A stretch of 62,413 nucleotides of DNA, filler included, from Pirum gemmata (GCA_002812295.1; 29 parts of 29 records of this genome joined end to end with filler, not necessarily neighbours in it); one strand, 5' to 3'. Numbered from the whole stretch's first letter, positions 12,384 through 24,852 are shown. The notes: generated by a model from the sequence alone, not told the origin. Translations and numbers: made by a program.

Positions 12384-13541
12384 ATGATGATGAGATCGAT
12401 AAAACCAAGTTTTGCTTCTATAGCAATTTTATTCTTACTCAATTGCATAACGTTTTTGCAATTAGTGGAAGCAACTAGCGTACCAATTGCTACATGCCAA
12501 TTATTTTTTAATCAAAAGGGTGACGACATTTGTTCTAAAAGAGGATTTCAACATAAAGCAAATCCTAATAAAATGTGCGATAATGGAGTATGTTATGTAA
12601 ATAAATGCTGTTATAATATGTACGTTGCTCAACAGTCGGAAACCTGCGGTGAGTTTTTTCAACGAAAAAACCAAACAAACATTTGTCAAAATAATGGTTT
12701 TGCTCACCAAAGACGAAAACAGCATCAATGTCAAGGTAAAAATTGCTATATTAAACAATGTTGCTACGGTCAAGTCCCTAAACCGTCTACGTCAGAAACT
12801 TGTGGTGAGTTTTTTCAAAGGAAAAGCCAAAACGTGTGTCAAAATAATGGATTTATTCATAAAAGAGGAAAAGGATATCAATGTAAAGGTAACAAGTGTT
12901 ACATTAAAAAATGTTGCTACGGTCAAATTCCCAAACCTAAACCAAAGCAAAAATGTGGTCAGTTTTTTGACACACATCATAATCAAGTTTGTAGTAACAA
13001 CCACTGGGCTCAAAAGAAAGGTCGTAATGTAGTCTGCGCCACTTCTACATGCCAAGTAAACGAATGTTGTACCCCGAAAGAAACGTGTAGCGAATTTTTT
13101 GTTCGAAAAGGTGCACAAGTTTGTCATAATAATGGTATGATGAAAAAAGGTGGTAATGCTAAATGTACTGGAACCCAATGCAAAGTATCTGAATGCTGCC
13201 AACCGGTGCCACCACCAATAGTAATGCCATCAACTTGTAGTGATTATTATGCCAGCTATATTGAGGGTACTGGTATTTGTACGAAATCGGGGTTAAAACA
13301 TTTTAAACCTGCCAACACAATCTGTTACAACGCAACTGGACAACTAATTCCATGTACTGTTCAACAATGTTGTTATGTAGAAAATTGTGGGGATTATTTT
13401 GATAGGAAAAAACAAGGAACTGGTATTTGTCGTAAAAATCATTTTACCAGGCCATTGTCAAGAGATGTTGTTTGTGAAGCAAGACCAGGTGAAAAATCGA
13501 AACCAGGAGAACCTTGTACTGCTGCTCAATGCTGTATATAA
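12384..13541 (+). CDS. Secreted cysteine-rich repeat protein, 7 six-Cys modules
   Basis: Intronless 385-aa ORF with signal peptide; repeat C-x2-(F/Y)(F/Y)-x7-9-C-x12-15-C-x4-12-C-x4-CC. Confidence 0.9.
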   Translation: MMMRSIKPSFASIAILFLLNCITFLQLVEATSVPIATCQLFFNQKGDDICSKRGFQHKANPNKMCDNGVCYVNKCCYNMYVAQQSETCGEFFQRKNQTNICQNNGFAHQRRKQHQCQGKNCYIKQCCYGQVPKPSTSETCGEFFQRKSQNVCQNNGFIHKRGKGYQCKGNKCYIKKCCYGQIPKPKPKQKCGQFFDTHHNQVCSNNHWAQKKGRNVVCATSTCQVNECCTPKETCSEFFVRKGAQVCHNNGMMKKGGNAKCTGTQCKVSECCQPVPPPIVMPSTCSDYYASYIEGTGICTKSGLKHFKPANTICYNATGQLIPCTVQQCCYVENCGDYFDRKKQGTGICRKNHFTRPLSRDVVCEARPGEKSKPGEPCTAAQCCI

Positions 13542-14159
13542 TTTGAAAATATTCGAAAATCTTTTTTAAAAAACATTTATTATTTATTAATGAAAAATTA
13601 CCAGTATTACAATAAAAAAACATTTAAGTATTATAAAGTATACGTCTCATTCGAATTAATTAAACCCCTCTTTTAGACAAATTAAGTCTATATAATAAAA
13701 TAGGTAACATCTACCGAGAACCACAACTACTTCGCTTCAATACTCTTCAATCATCGGTCCGAACATCAAAGACAATTACTACTACGTATACAACAACCAC
13801 AACAACGCTTTTTTTTTTTTAAAAAAAAATAGCATAATATAATATATTTACTATATTATGTATTTAAATTATTATTATTATTATTACTAATTATATAGAA
13901 TATATAATTATATATTATCGGGCTATTAAAATTCAATGATAATGATAGTTATTATTATTATTATTATTATTATNNNNNNNNNNNNNNNNNNNNNNNNNNN
14001 NNNNNNNNNNNNNNNNNTTAATTAATTAANNNNNNNNNNNNNNNNNNNNNNNNNNNNNNNNNNNNNNNNNNNNTAGGGTTAGGGTTAGGGTTAGGGTTAA
14101 GGTTAGGGTTAGGGTTAGGGTTGCATAATTATAACCATCCTGCTTGGTTGCTTGGTGAC

Positions 14160-14630
14160 TAAAATCGTCTATTTCATTACAGTTGTTCTCTCAATCTTTG
14201 ATTTGGTACTTTTTAAGTGTATAATCGGACTGTTTTATAAAGTAAAACATTAAGTATAAAATACCAAATTAATCAAAACATGTCCGATAGTTTAACCATA
14301 ATAATAATTTGGTAAAGTTTATTTCAGTTTTTGAACTGGGCAACACTATTAATAGAAAAACACGATAGTAGACTAGTCTAGCTAGTACCGTAGAGGTATT
14401 TTATTACAGTTCTCGCTCAATCTTTAATTTAATACTGTTTAAGTGTATAATTGAACTTGTTTATAAAATAAAACATTCAATATAAAACACCAAAGTAACC
14501 CTAACCCTAACCCTAACCCTAACCCTAACCCTAACCCTAACCCTAACCTAAAACATGCCTAATAGTTTAACCATAACAATCATTTGGTACGTATTGAACT
14601 GGACAACACTATTTGAAAAACACGATATAG
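14160..14630 (+). repeat. Dispersed repeat family B, two tandem copies (others at about 16125-16305 -, 16620-16715 -, 37200-37410 +)
   Basis: Shared TTACAGTT..TCAATCTTT..TTTAAGTGTATAAT..TAGTTTAACCATAA..TTGAACTGG.CAACACTAT..GAAAAACACGAT. Confidence 0.85.
14499..14546 (-). repeat. Interstitial (TTAGGG)8 inserted in a family B copy
   Basis: Eight perfect CCCTAA units between CCAAAGTAA and CCTAAAACATG; the sister copy reads CCAAATTAATCAAAACATG. Confidence 0.9.
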
Positions 14631-15178
14631 GTCTTATTTTTATCACTTCTTTTAGACTTCTTATTATGATATTACTTTTTCTCTTCAGTTTTTTCTTTCG
14701 AGTTTTTTTCTTATCATAATATTTTATTTTTATATAGACCTCTATATATATTTTTTTTTTCCTGTTTTTTTCATACTGTTTTTTTTTTTCCTTTTTTCCC
14801 TTTTAATTAATAATATCCAAGTCTCATTCTTTGCAGGGGAGTATAAAAGGAGCAGTATGTATATATATATATATTTAAACCCAAATCATATTCTGTTATT
14901 ACCATAATACAAATATATAATTATATAACAAGAAATACGAAAACGAAAAAAAAAGCGATAAAAAATCAATAAGAAATGAATTGTATAAAAAAACTTAATA
15001 ATTAAAAACCCAAATTTTATTTTTTTAAAAAAAAACCTTTGTCCGAACTGTAAAATCGAATAAAGCTAAAAACTAAAACACAGCCAATAATACGGTAAAA
15101 TAAAAATAAATAAATAAGTAAATACATAATAATATTATATAAATCAGTATTTTTAATGCAAAATAAATTAATAAAATT

Positions 15179-15908
15179 ATGTTAAAAGTAAACAATAATA
15201 AAGAACCTTGTGGGGTTAGCTTGAATCCGTCTGAGGCTTCATTTTACCCCGATGATGATGAAGGTAATTATCAAGATTTCAAAAAAAATTTGTATGCACA
15301 AACTACAAGAACAAGTATATTAGCACATGACGCCAATCATTTTAGGCCAGATGGAAGGACACAATATTTTTTACCTTTCGATAACCGTTCTTTGCTTATG
15401 AATGATAACAACAATAATAACAAAAACAACAACAAACATTATGATAACTATGAGAAAGAGAGAGAAAATAACACTGTGGCGGTAGTAGTTCCCTTTTATA
15501 ATGAGCAAAAATGCGATTTGAAGAGAACACTGGAAAAACTACACGATCAAGAGCAAGAATGTTTGATTGCCGGAAAAGAATATGGTATGCATGGCTTGAA
15601 TTTTCATTATTTAGCTGTAATGGATGGCTATTACAAAGCCAGTGACTCTATGAAAGAATACGTTACAGAGCTGTACGGCCCCGGCTGGGACGCAGGTTTT
15701 AACTTAGGTGATACTGACGACTGCACTTTAGCTCTGCAAAAGCAGAATTTAATGACTGGAATGCTAGATATGGTGGAAATCAAACCTGGAAAATTTTTGA
15801 GATTAACTATCGTTGTCAAAAAGCAAAATCGTAAAAAACCAAATAGTCACGAATGGTTCTTTCGTGCGTTTTGCCCACAGTACCGTGGAGAATACGCGTT
15901 TACTACAG
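15179..15908 (+). CDS. CHS: Chitin synthase (GT2), first exon, 3' truncated
   Basis: VVVPFYNE, AVMDG and KKQNRKKPNSHEWFFRAF motifs; exon ends YAFTT-G/GTAATT, where the D-x-G-T motif is expected next. Confidence 0.85.
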
Positions 15909-17412
15909 GTAATTTATTATTATTATTATTATTTATTATTATTANNNNNNNNNNNNNNNNNNNNNNNNNNNNNNNNNNNNNNNNNNNNTTAATTAATTAA
16001 NNNNNNNNNNNNNNNNNNNNNNNNNNNNNNNNNNNNNNNNNNNNTTTAAAAGTATCAATTTTAATATTATAAATAACCAAATAAATATTCGGAGTGACAA
16101 AATAAATGAAAAGCACTATACTAAATAGTGTTTTTTCAATAGTTCAAAAACTGAAATAAACGTACCAAATTATTATTATGGTTAAACTATCGGGCATGTT
16201 ATAATTAATTTGGTAGTTTATACCTAATATTGTATTTTATAAAAAAGTTCAGTTATACACTTAAAAAGTACCAAATTAAAGTTTGAGAGGACAACTATAT
16301 TATATTTTTAAATTATTTTGTAAGTATGTATAATTTAAAAATTGTAGAAGTTTAATGAGAGTGAGGCATTTTTTCTTCCTTTTTTATGATTTTCTGTAAT
16401 TGTTAGTTAATTGTTTATAATAATAATTGTTAATTGTTTATAATAATAATTATGATAGTTAATTATTGTTTTTATAATTAATAAGTTGTTTTTATAATTT
16501 CATTTTTTATTATGATAATATTGTTTTTATTACATGATAAAAAAAGGTATAAATGTAATTGTTAATTTTTTGAAATTGGAAAAGAGTGAAATAGAATAGT
16601 CTAGATGATACGATACACTACTAGACCTATCGTGTTTTTTCTAGTCGTGTTTTTCAATACCAAAATAATATCATGGTTAAACTATCAGACAAGTTTTAAT
16701 TAATTTGGTATTTTCTAGTCCACTAATACTAATACTAATACTAATACTAATACTAATGCTAATACTAATACTAATACTAATACTAATACTAATACTAATA
16801 CTAATACTAATAATAATAATAATACTAATACTANNNNNNNNNNNNNNNNNNNNNNNNNNNNNNNNNNNNNNNNNNNNNNNNNNNNNNNNNNNNNNNNNNN
16901 NNNNNNNNNATACTAATACTAATAATAATAATAATACTAATACTAATACTAATACTAATACTAATACTAATACTAATACTAATACTAATACTAATACTAA
17001 TACTAATACTAATACTAATAACTAATACTAATACTGCGAAAATTTATCCAAACCAAATATAGCCTTACTTTTATTTTCGAGCTGAATAATTTAATATTTG
17101 TATGATATTATTTTGCCTTTTTAGAAAGGGGTCAACTGGGTGCCTGTGCCTATGAAACTAGCTCTAGGACTGAGTCTCTAGCTAATAGTCGCACTCTGGG
17201 TGATATTGCGTAATAATTAACGAAAATCCTTACTTTTAATTTCGAGCTAAATATTAAAAATCTTCGCATAATTTCGCTTTTCGTTGTAAAAAAGAAAGGG
17301 GTAGACTGGGGATAGAAATTTTTAAATTCAACTTTAATTATAACAATCACAACCCCCTACACTGGCTAGCTAGGCTAGCTAGTTAGTAGTCACATGTATT
17401 TTTTTTCACTCT

Positions 17413-17472
<60 letters not shown>

Positions 17473-17632
17473 CGTTCCTATTTACTAATTCGATACTTTT
17501 AAATTCATAATTGATGTTATTAAAAATAATATTTTAATTTAAAAACATGCCTGAATGTTAAATATATGCCTATTTAATAATAATTGGGTATTTGCAATTT
17601 CCCGTTTTAGTCATGCTCTGTTTCCAGACATC

Positions 17633-17687
<55 letters not shown>

Positions 17688-19089
17688 TTTTGTGTTATAC
17701 TTTCATAAGTAAGTTTTTATCAATAATTATTATTTAATTATTTGTTATTAATTATCCATCATTTATTACTTATTTATTCATTTGTTATTTATTATCAAGC
17801 AATAGTTCTTTATTCGTTAGTTTTAAATTCATTATTCCTTTCTATAATTCATTTGCCATTTCTGTAATTCATTATTCATTTTTATACATTACCCACTGTT
17901 TGTTATTTGTATGTATGTATGTATGTATGTATGTACTGTAATTATTATAANNNNNNNNNNNNNNNNNNNNNNNNNNNNNNNNNNNNNNNNNNNNTTAATT
18001 AATTAANNNNNNNNNNNNNNNNNNNNNNNNNNNNNNNNNNNNNNNNNNNNTAACAATAATAATAATAATAACAATAACAATAATAATAACAATAACAATA
18101 ACAATAATAATAATAATAACAATAAAAATAACAATAACAATAACAATAACAATAACAATACCAGTAAAAATAGCAATATTAAAATAACCAAATAACCATA
18201 TTAATAACAATAACAATAACAATAGCAATAACAATAAAAATAAAAATTCCAATAACAATAACAATTCCAATTCCAATTCCAATTCCAATTCCAATAACAA
18301 TAATAACAATAATAACAATAGCAACGTTAACAATAGCAACAATAACAATAACAATATCAATAATTATAACAATATTAATTAATTAATAACAGTTAATAAC
18401 AATAACAATAACAAAAACAATTAGTAACAATAACAATAATAATAACAATAACAATATATTACTGACCCACACCCCCACTCAACCCAAACCCAAACGCGAA
18501 TTTCGCTAGTCTAATATTTTTTATAAATAGAAACGAGATTGATAATAACAAGAATAAGAATAAGAATGATAATAAAAATAACATTAACAATACCAATACC
18601 AATAGACTACCAATAACAATATTAATAACAATAACAATAACAATAACAATAACAATAACAATAACAATAACAATAACAATAACAATAACAATAACAATAA
18701 CAATAACAAACAATAACAATAACAATAGCAGTAGAAATAACAATAACAATAGCAATATAATAACAATAACAATAGCAATAACATAAACAATAACAATAAC
18801 AATATCAAACAACAATATAATGATGATGTAATCGATTATAATTACGTCATAAAAGAAACGAGATTGAAGGCCGTTAAACTGATGGAACTGTGGGGCCTTG
18901 AGAGGGGCCGAAGCCGCTTGGGGCTGGCTAGTTAAGCTAGGGCTGAGGGGAGGACTCTGGGCCAAATAAGGGCTAGCTACAGTAGATAGCACAAGATTTT
19001 AAAAAAAATAATCTTCTTTCTAAACTAAATAGATTTCATTTTTTCATTATTATTATTAGTAAAGCTATTGATTTTATTATTTTTAGTTT

Positions 19090-19164
<75 letters not shown>

Positions 19165-19280
19165 GTTACTTTGTAAATATTTATTGTTATTGTCACCTGG
19201 TTATCATATCATGATTAAAAGTATTATAAGAAAAACGNCATTATTATTTTAGTCTTATTATATATAATATATACATTAAT

Positions 19281-20844
19281 ATGTCTAGTACTGAAAAAAA
19301 TCAAAAATTTCTTTTAATCTTTAAAAATGAAAGTAAATTTGATGTTGACCATGTTGTTTTGTTGACTTTTAATGAATCAGAAACGGAGCTTTTACACGAG
19401 AAAAGAATCGGTTGTGTTATGAACGATGGGTCTACAAATATCATCGAGGTAAAAAATTATGATGATGACCTAGAAGAAGGAAAAAAAGAATGTTATCAAA
19501 AAACCTAAATTCGGATCTAAATTTAAAGATAATAAACAAGAGAATTCAACAACAATAAAACGATCAGAAATTGTACAAAAATATATCCAAGATTCCCATT
19601 GGATCAAGGTTGAATTTGATAGAACAATTTGTCTTGAAGAGGATGATGGTAAATTATGCCACTTTAGTATTGGAGAAAGATATTCAATTTCTTTAAAACT
19701 TTTACACGAACTAGAACTTGGTACACAATATTGTGATCTTTGGGCCCAAATTTACTCAAAATGAGTGGTTAATGCCGGCCATAGAGCGGGCATCACACAA
19801 GAACAATTAATGGGGTGTTGGTATAATTCACGTAGGCGTATAACAAACTGGTATCATGAATATTACTCGCCTTTAGAGTTAGAAAAATGGGCTTTCACAA
19901 ACAGTCATGATGATGATGATAATGATAATACCACTATTGGTAACTTTGATAAAATACTTTGGAGAAATGCTAAAATCGATGTCTATTATCGCGCTTGTGA
20001 CCGACATCCTGACGATATATATGACAGTTTTGTTGCATGTTATTCTTTTGATTGTGCTACCTCCTTTGTAACCCTTCGCGACTATGCCATAATTGATGGT
20101 ACTATGGGGCACTATCAAACAGAACAATATGTACCTGAATTGAATGCAAGAACAGCTGAGCAACTGCCAGAAATGGTAAAGGCTTTACAGGATTTACCGG
20201 ATGCTAACTCTGAATGTTATTACAACGAAGAAAAATTATCTTTTAATTGTGAGTGTAACGGTGACACAAATTGGATTCACCAAGAATTTATTGTTTCCGT
20301 ACCTCGTCCTTGGTCTCCACAAACTCATCATTATTTTGCAGAAAATACGAAGAAATCAATTTTTACCATTTTACTAATTAATAAGTACACACTTCATTTA
20401 CCTCGCTCTATTATTGAGCGGATTTGTAATTACATTGTACCTGTAGAATATGTACCAGTTAAAAGGCTCTTACGAGAATGCATCATGAGTCACCCAAATG
20501 CTTATCGTGCGGAAGACAATAATCGCTACGATGAATACAAACTTAGGCGAGGGTTAACAGACACAATCATAACCAAAGATGCATCTGCAAAACAAAAAGT
20601 AATATTCACTATTTGCAATTATATGATTGGTATTGATGGTGATAATGTACATTCGTATGTTGAGGACTATGAGGTCGACAATTCCCCAACAGGAATAGCT
20701 GGAAAAGAAAAGCTCAACGCAAAAGTCGTTTGGGAGTATGATCATTCCAATTGTTATGCTAAGTTACTTGAAAAAGAACCGTTTTATTTTCTATGGAAAC
20801 CTAGACTGAACCACGCTAATTTAGAGACTATGCTCGCTCAATAA
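19281..20844 (+). pseudogene. Intronless ~520-codon hypothetical gene with one frameshift and one in-frame TGA
   Basis: ORF 19281 shifts frame at the A7 run (19481-19487), stays open to TGA 19762-19764, then continues in frame as ORF 19765-20844. Contains WSPQTHHYF...IFTILLINK...LPRSIIERICNYI. Confidence 0.65.
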
Positions 20845-21325
20845 TGACTGTTAGTTAGTAAAATCTATAAATTTTGTTTTTTAATTAATATAAATGTTAA
20901 TAACAATGGATTTTAATAAACAATCGCGCAAAAAGTGTCTATTTTTTAATTAACCGCCAGCTTCACGACGTGAATCTACGAAGACTCATAAAGACAGTTG
21001 TAATATTCTAATGTTAATTAATATTCGTCTTAGTACTAGATTATTATTATTATTATTATTNNNNNNNNNNNNNNNNNNNNNNNNNNNNNNNNNNNNNNNN
21101 NNNNTTAATTAATTAANNNNNNNNNNNNNNNNNNNNNNNNNNNNNNNNNNNNNNNNNNNNCAGGGCAAGGGTTCAGGGCAAGGGTTCAGGGCAAGGGTTC
21201 AGGGCAAGGGTTCAGGGCAAGGGTTTAGGGTAAGGGTTCAGGGCAAGGGTAAGGGTTAGGATTAGAATTATTATGGCTTTTATAATGACTTTTATTATGA
21301 CTTTTCTTATGATTTGACTTAATAC

Positions 21326-21481
21326 CAATTCACCAAAGTTATAAACGTTTTCAGCAACCAAAGCGGCTAACGACAAATCAATAGCATATCGTTGTTGAGT
21401 TAGCAAATCCATAGCAGAGACTTCAGTACAACCTAAAAACCTTAAAGCATCCCGATAATATTCAGAAAAATTGCCCTTTTC
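21326..21481 (-). CDS. PSMD13: 26S proteasome lid subunit RPN9, internal exon (earlier in the protein)
   Basis: AG/GT-bounded, 52 codons: EKGNFSEYYRDALRFLGC...LAALVAENVYNFGEL. Confidence 0.92.
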
Positions 21482-21929
21482 CTAAAAAAAAATAAGGTTA
21501 ATGTTAAGGTTAAGGCTAAGGTCGAAGGTTAAGGTTAAGGTTAAGGTTAAGGCTAAGGGGGAAGGTTAGAGTTAATATTAGGGTTAAGCTTAAGGTAACT
21601 TAGGGTTATGGTTAAGGTTAAGGTTAAGGTTAAGGTAGGTTAAGGTTAAGGTTAAGGTTAAGGTTAAGGTTAAGGTTAAGGTTAAGGTTAATATTAAGGT
21701 TAAGGTTAAGGTTAAGGTTAAGGTTAAGTTATGGTTANATTTATTAATATGGTAATGTTTATCAAATATGGAAGTATTAATTATAATGAATTTCTATATT
21801 TAGATTCAGAATTAGCTAATAAAGAAATTTTACAAATCAATTATAAATATATATATATATTAGCTACGCTAATTTCTTTTATTGTTATTTATAACTTATG
21901 GTTACCTACTTATTATGTTTTTTATTATT

Positions 21930-23262
21930 ACGATTTTTATTGTAATGACTTCATTGTAATGACTTTTATTATTTATGAATTTTAGTATTATGAATTTTAT
22001 TATGAATTTTATTATTATGATAACTTTTATTATTATGACTTTTATTACTATGACTTCTATTATTATGACTTGTATTATTATGGCTTTTATTATTATGACT
22101 TTTATATTATGATACCTTCTTGTGACTTTTATTATGATTTTTATTGTTATGGCTTTTAATGACTTTTATTATTAATATGACTTTTATTATTAATATGACT
22201 TTTATTATTAATATGACTTTTATTATTAATATGACTTTTTGTTATTGTGGTTTTAATTATTATAGCTTTTATTATTATTATGGCTTTTATTATTATGGCT
22301 TTTATTTCTATGAATTTTTATAATTACAACTTTTATTATTACGACTGTTAATTAACTACTTATGATACCTACATAGGTCATTTATCATTATGACTTTTAT
22401 TATTATGACTTTTATATTATGATACCTGATTATGATTTTTATTATTATGACTTTTATTATGATTTCTATAATTATGGCTTTTATTATTATGACTTTATTA
22501 TTGATATGACTTTTATTATTGTGGCTTTAATTATTATGGGCTTTTATTATTATGGTTTTTATTATTATGAATTTTATTTCTATGAATTTTATAGTTACGA
22601 CTTTTATTATTGCAACTTTTATTAACTGCATATGATACCTGCATATATCATTCATCATGATGACTTTTATTATTATGACTTTTATTATTATGACTTTTAT
22701 TATTATGACTTTTATTATTATGACTTTTATTATTATGACTTTCATTATTATGATACCTGCCTATGACTTTTATCATTATGAATTTTATGATTATGACTTT
22801 TATTATGATTTATTTTATTATGGCTTTTATCATTATGACTTTTATTATTAATATGACTTTTATTATTGTGGCTTTAATTATAAAGACTTTTATTATTATG
22901 GCTCTTATTATTATGACTTTATTTCTATGGATTTTTATAACTATGACTTTTATTATTAAGACTTTTATTGACTGCATATGATGATACCTGCTTATGACAT
23001 TTATCATTATGATTTTTATTATGTCCTTTATTATTATGCTTTCTATTATTATTCTATTATTATAACTTTTATAATGAAAAAGTTTTAATTATTATGGTTT
23101 TTAAAGAATTTTTATTATTTTGGCTTTTATTATTATTATGACTTTATTATTATTATTGTCATTATGACTTTTATTATTATTATTATGACTTTTATTATTA
23201 TTATTATGACTTTTATTATTATTATTATGACTTTTATTATTATCATTATGACTTTTATTATT
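21930..23262. repeat. Degenerate ~15-bp satellite (TTATTATGACTTTTA) with higher-order duplication, intronic
   Basis: Dozens of ATGACTTTTATT units and recurring TATGATACCTGC blocks. Confidence 0.85.
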
Positions 23263-23271
23263 AGTATATAC

Positions 23272-23397
23272 CTGCTGTTGCCATTTCGGCTGCAAATCAT
23301 CATATGCTTTTATATCACCAGAATTAAAAGCATGGATTAATTGATACAACCAAGCGTGTTCTGATTCTTTGATTGATTCTAAAATGGGGTGGATTAT
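23272..23397 (-). CDS. PSMD13: 26S proteasome lid subunit RPN9, internal exon (later in the protein)
   Basis: AG/GT-bounded, 42 codons: IIHPILESIKESEHAWLYQLIHAFNSGDIKAYDDLQPKWQQQ. Confidence 0.92.
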
Positions 23398-24230
23398 CTA
23401 CAATAACGGGTTTAGGGTTAGGGTTAGGGTTTAGGGTTAGGATTTAGGGTTAGGGTTTAGAGTTTAGGGTCTAGATCTAGTTTCTAGGGTTTAGAGTCTA
23501 GAGTCTAGGGTCTAGAGTCTAGAGTCTAGGGTCTAGAGTCTAGAGTCTAGGGTCTAGGATTAAGGTTAGGGTTAGGGTTAGGGTTAGGGTTANNNNNNNN
23601 NNNNNNNNNNNNNNNNNNNNNNNNNNNNNNNNNNNNTTAATTAATTAANNNNNNNNNNNNNNNNNNNNNNNNNNNNNNNNNNNNNNNNNNNNTTTTGAAA
23701 TGATATTCTTTTTTTTTTCGAGTTTCAAGTTTTTTCTAAGAAATTTCTAAGAATTTCTAAGAATTTCTTAATGAAATCAAAAGTGAGTCAATTAGATCGA
23801 AAAATTTCGAAAGTTTCGAACTAGTCTTGATTCGATGGGTTCTCCCACATCTCTTGTGGGGATAATTTTAAGTTTTTAGTTTTTAGTTTTTAGTTTTTAG
23901 TTTTTAGTTTTTAAGTTTTAGGTTTTAAGTTTTGGGTTTTGGGTTTTAGGTTTTAGGTTTTGGGTTTTGGGTTTTGGGTTTTAGGTGTTATTTTTTAGTT
24001 TTTAGTTTTTAGCTTTTATCTTTTAGCTTTTGGGTTTTAGGTTTTAGGTTTTAGGTGTTATTTTTTGGTTTTTAGTTTTTAGCTTTTAGCTTTTAGTTTT
24101 TAGTTTTAGTTTTAGTTTTTGGTTTTTGTTGGATTTTGGTTGGATTTTGGTTGGATTTTGGTTGGTGTTTTGGTTTTTTTAGTTTTTAGTTTTTGGTTTT
24201 GTTTGACTATCTAATATTCGTTATATGCAG

Positions 24231-24303
24231 CGGGTAGGTAGATGTGATGCATACGCTGGAGAATACGATTTGGAAGCCGAAGAATATGTACCACTAGTCA
24301 AAG
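24231..24303 (+). CDS. RUVBL1: RuvB-like 1 (pontin) internal exon
   Basis: Not in the ORF track. CAG acceptor, [27 protein letters not shown] donor; matches the RVB1 motif [23 protein letters not shown]. Confidence 0.9.
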
Positions 24304-24445
24304 GTTATTTGATTATATATTTATGATACATAATAATGTACTTCTTCATTATGCAACACAAGCCCCTCTTTTCCTCCCTTCTACTTCTACTTCTACTTCT
24401 ACTACTTCTACTACTTCTACTACTACTAGTACTACTACTACTACG

Positions 24446-24543
<98 letters not shown>

Positions 24544-24797
24544 NATATATACCATGGTATATAATATAATATAACGAATAACAAAAAATAAATAAAAATT
24601 GAATGAGAGAAAACTCTTTCTAAAAAATAAATGATTTCTTGGACATTCTTTGATAACATAATCACGTTTTTTATAGAAACTAGTAGGAGTTTCTGCATCT
24701 TTTAATAAAATACCTATCAAACTTCTCGATATATTCATCCGTAAGTACACATCATTATCTTGCAATTGTACTATAACATATTTATAATTATGATAAT

Positions 24798-24852
<55 letters not shown>

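Noticed and set aside
14074..14120. Scaffold-end TTAGGG tracts as true telomeres or nanochromosome ends
   Set aside because: Polarity is often wrong for a chromosome end, genes are cut mid-intron, and many scaffolds end in other microsatellites. These are assembly breakpoints in size-sorted contigs.
12384..15908. Cell-wall gene cluster (Cys-rich protein next to chitin synthase)
   Set aside because: The genes are on different scaffolds separated by an artificial linker.
18865..18990. Hammerhead ribozyme in a GC-rich patch (CTGATGG...GGCCTT-GAGA-GGGGCC-GAAG)
   Set aside because: Core deviates from CUGANGA and GAAA, spacing is wrong, and stems I and III were not found; probably a repeat fragment.
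19762..19764. TGA reassignment or readthrough (also TGA at 39080 in the copia element)
   Set aside because: Both TGAs lie in sequences that also carry frameshifts, and intact genes use TGG for Trp with no internal TGA. No real gene here ends in TGA, but the sample is too small to mean anything.
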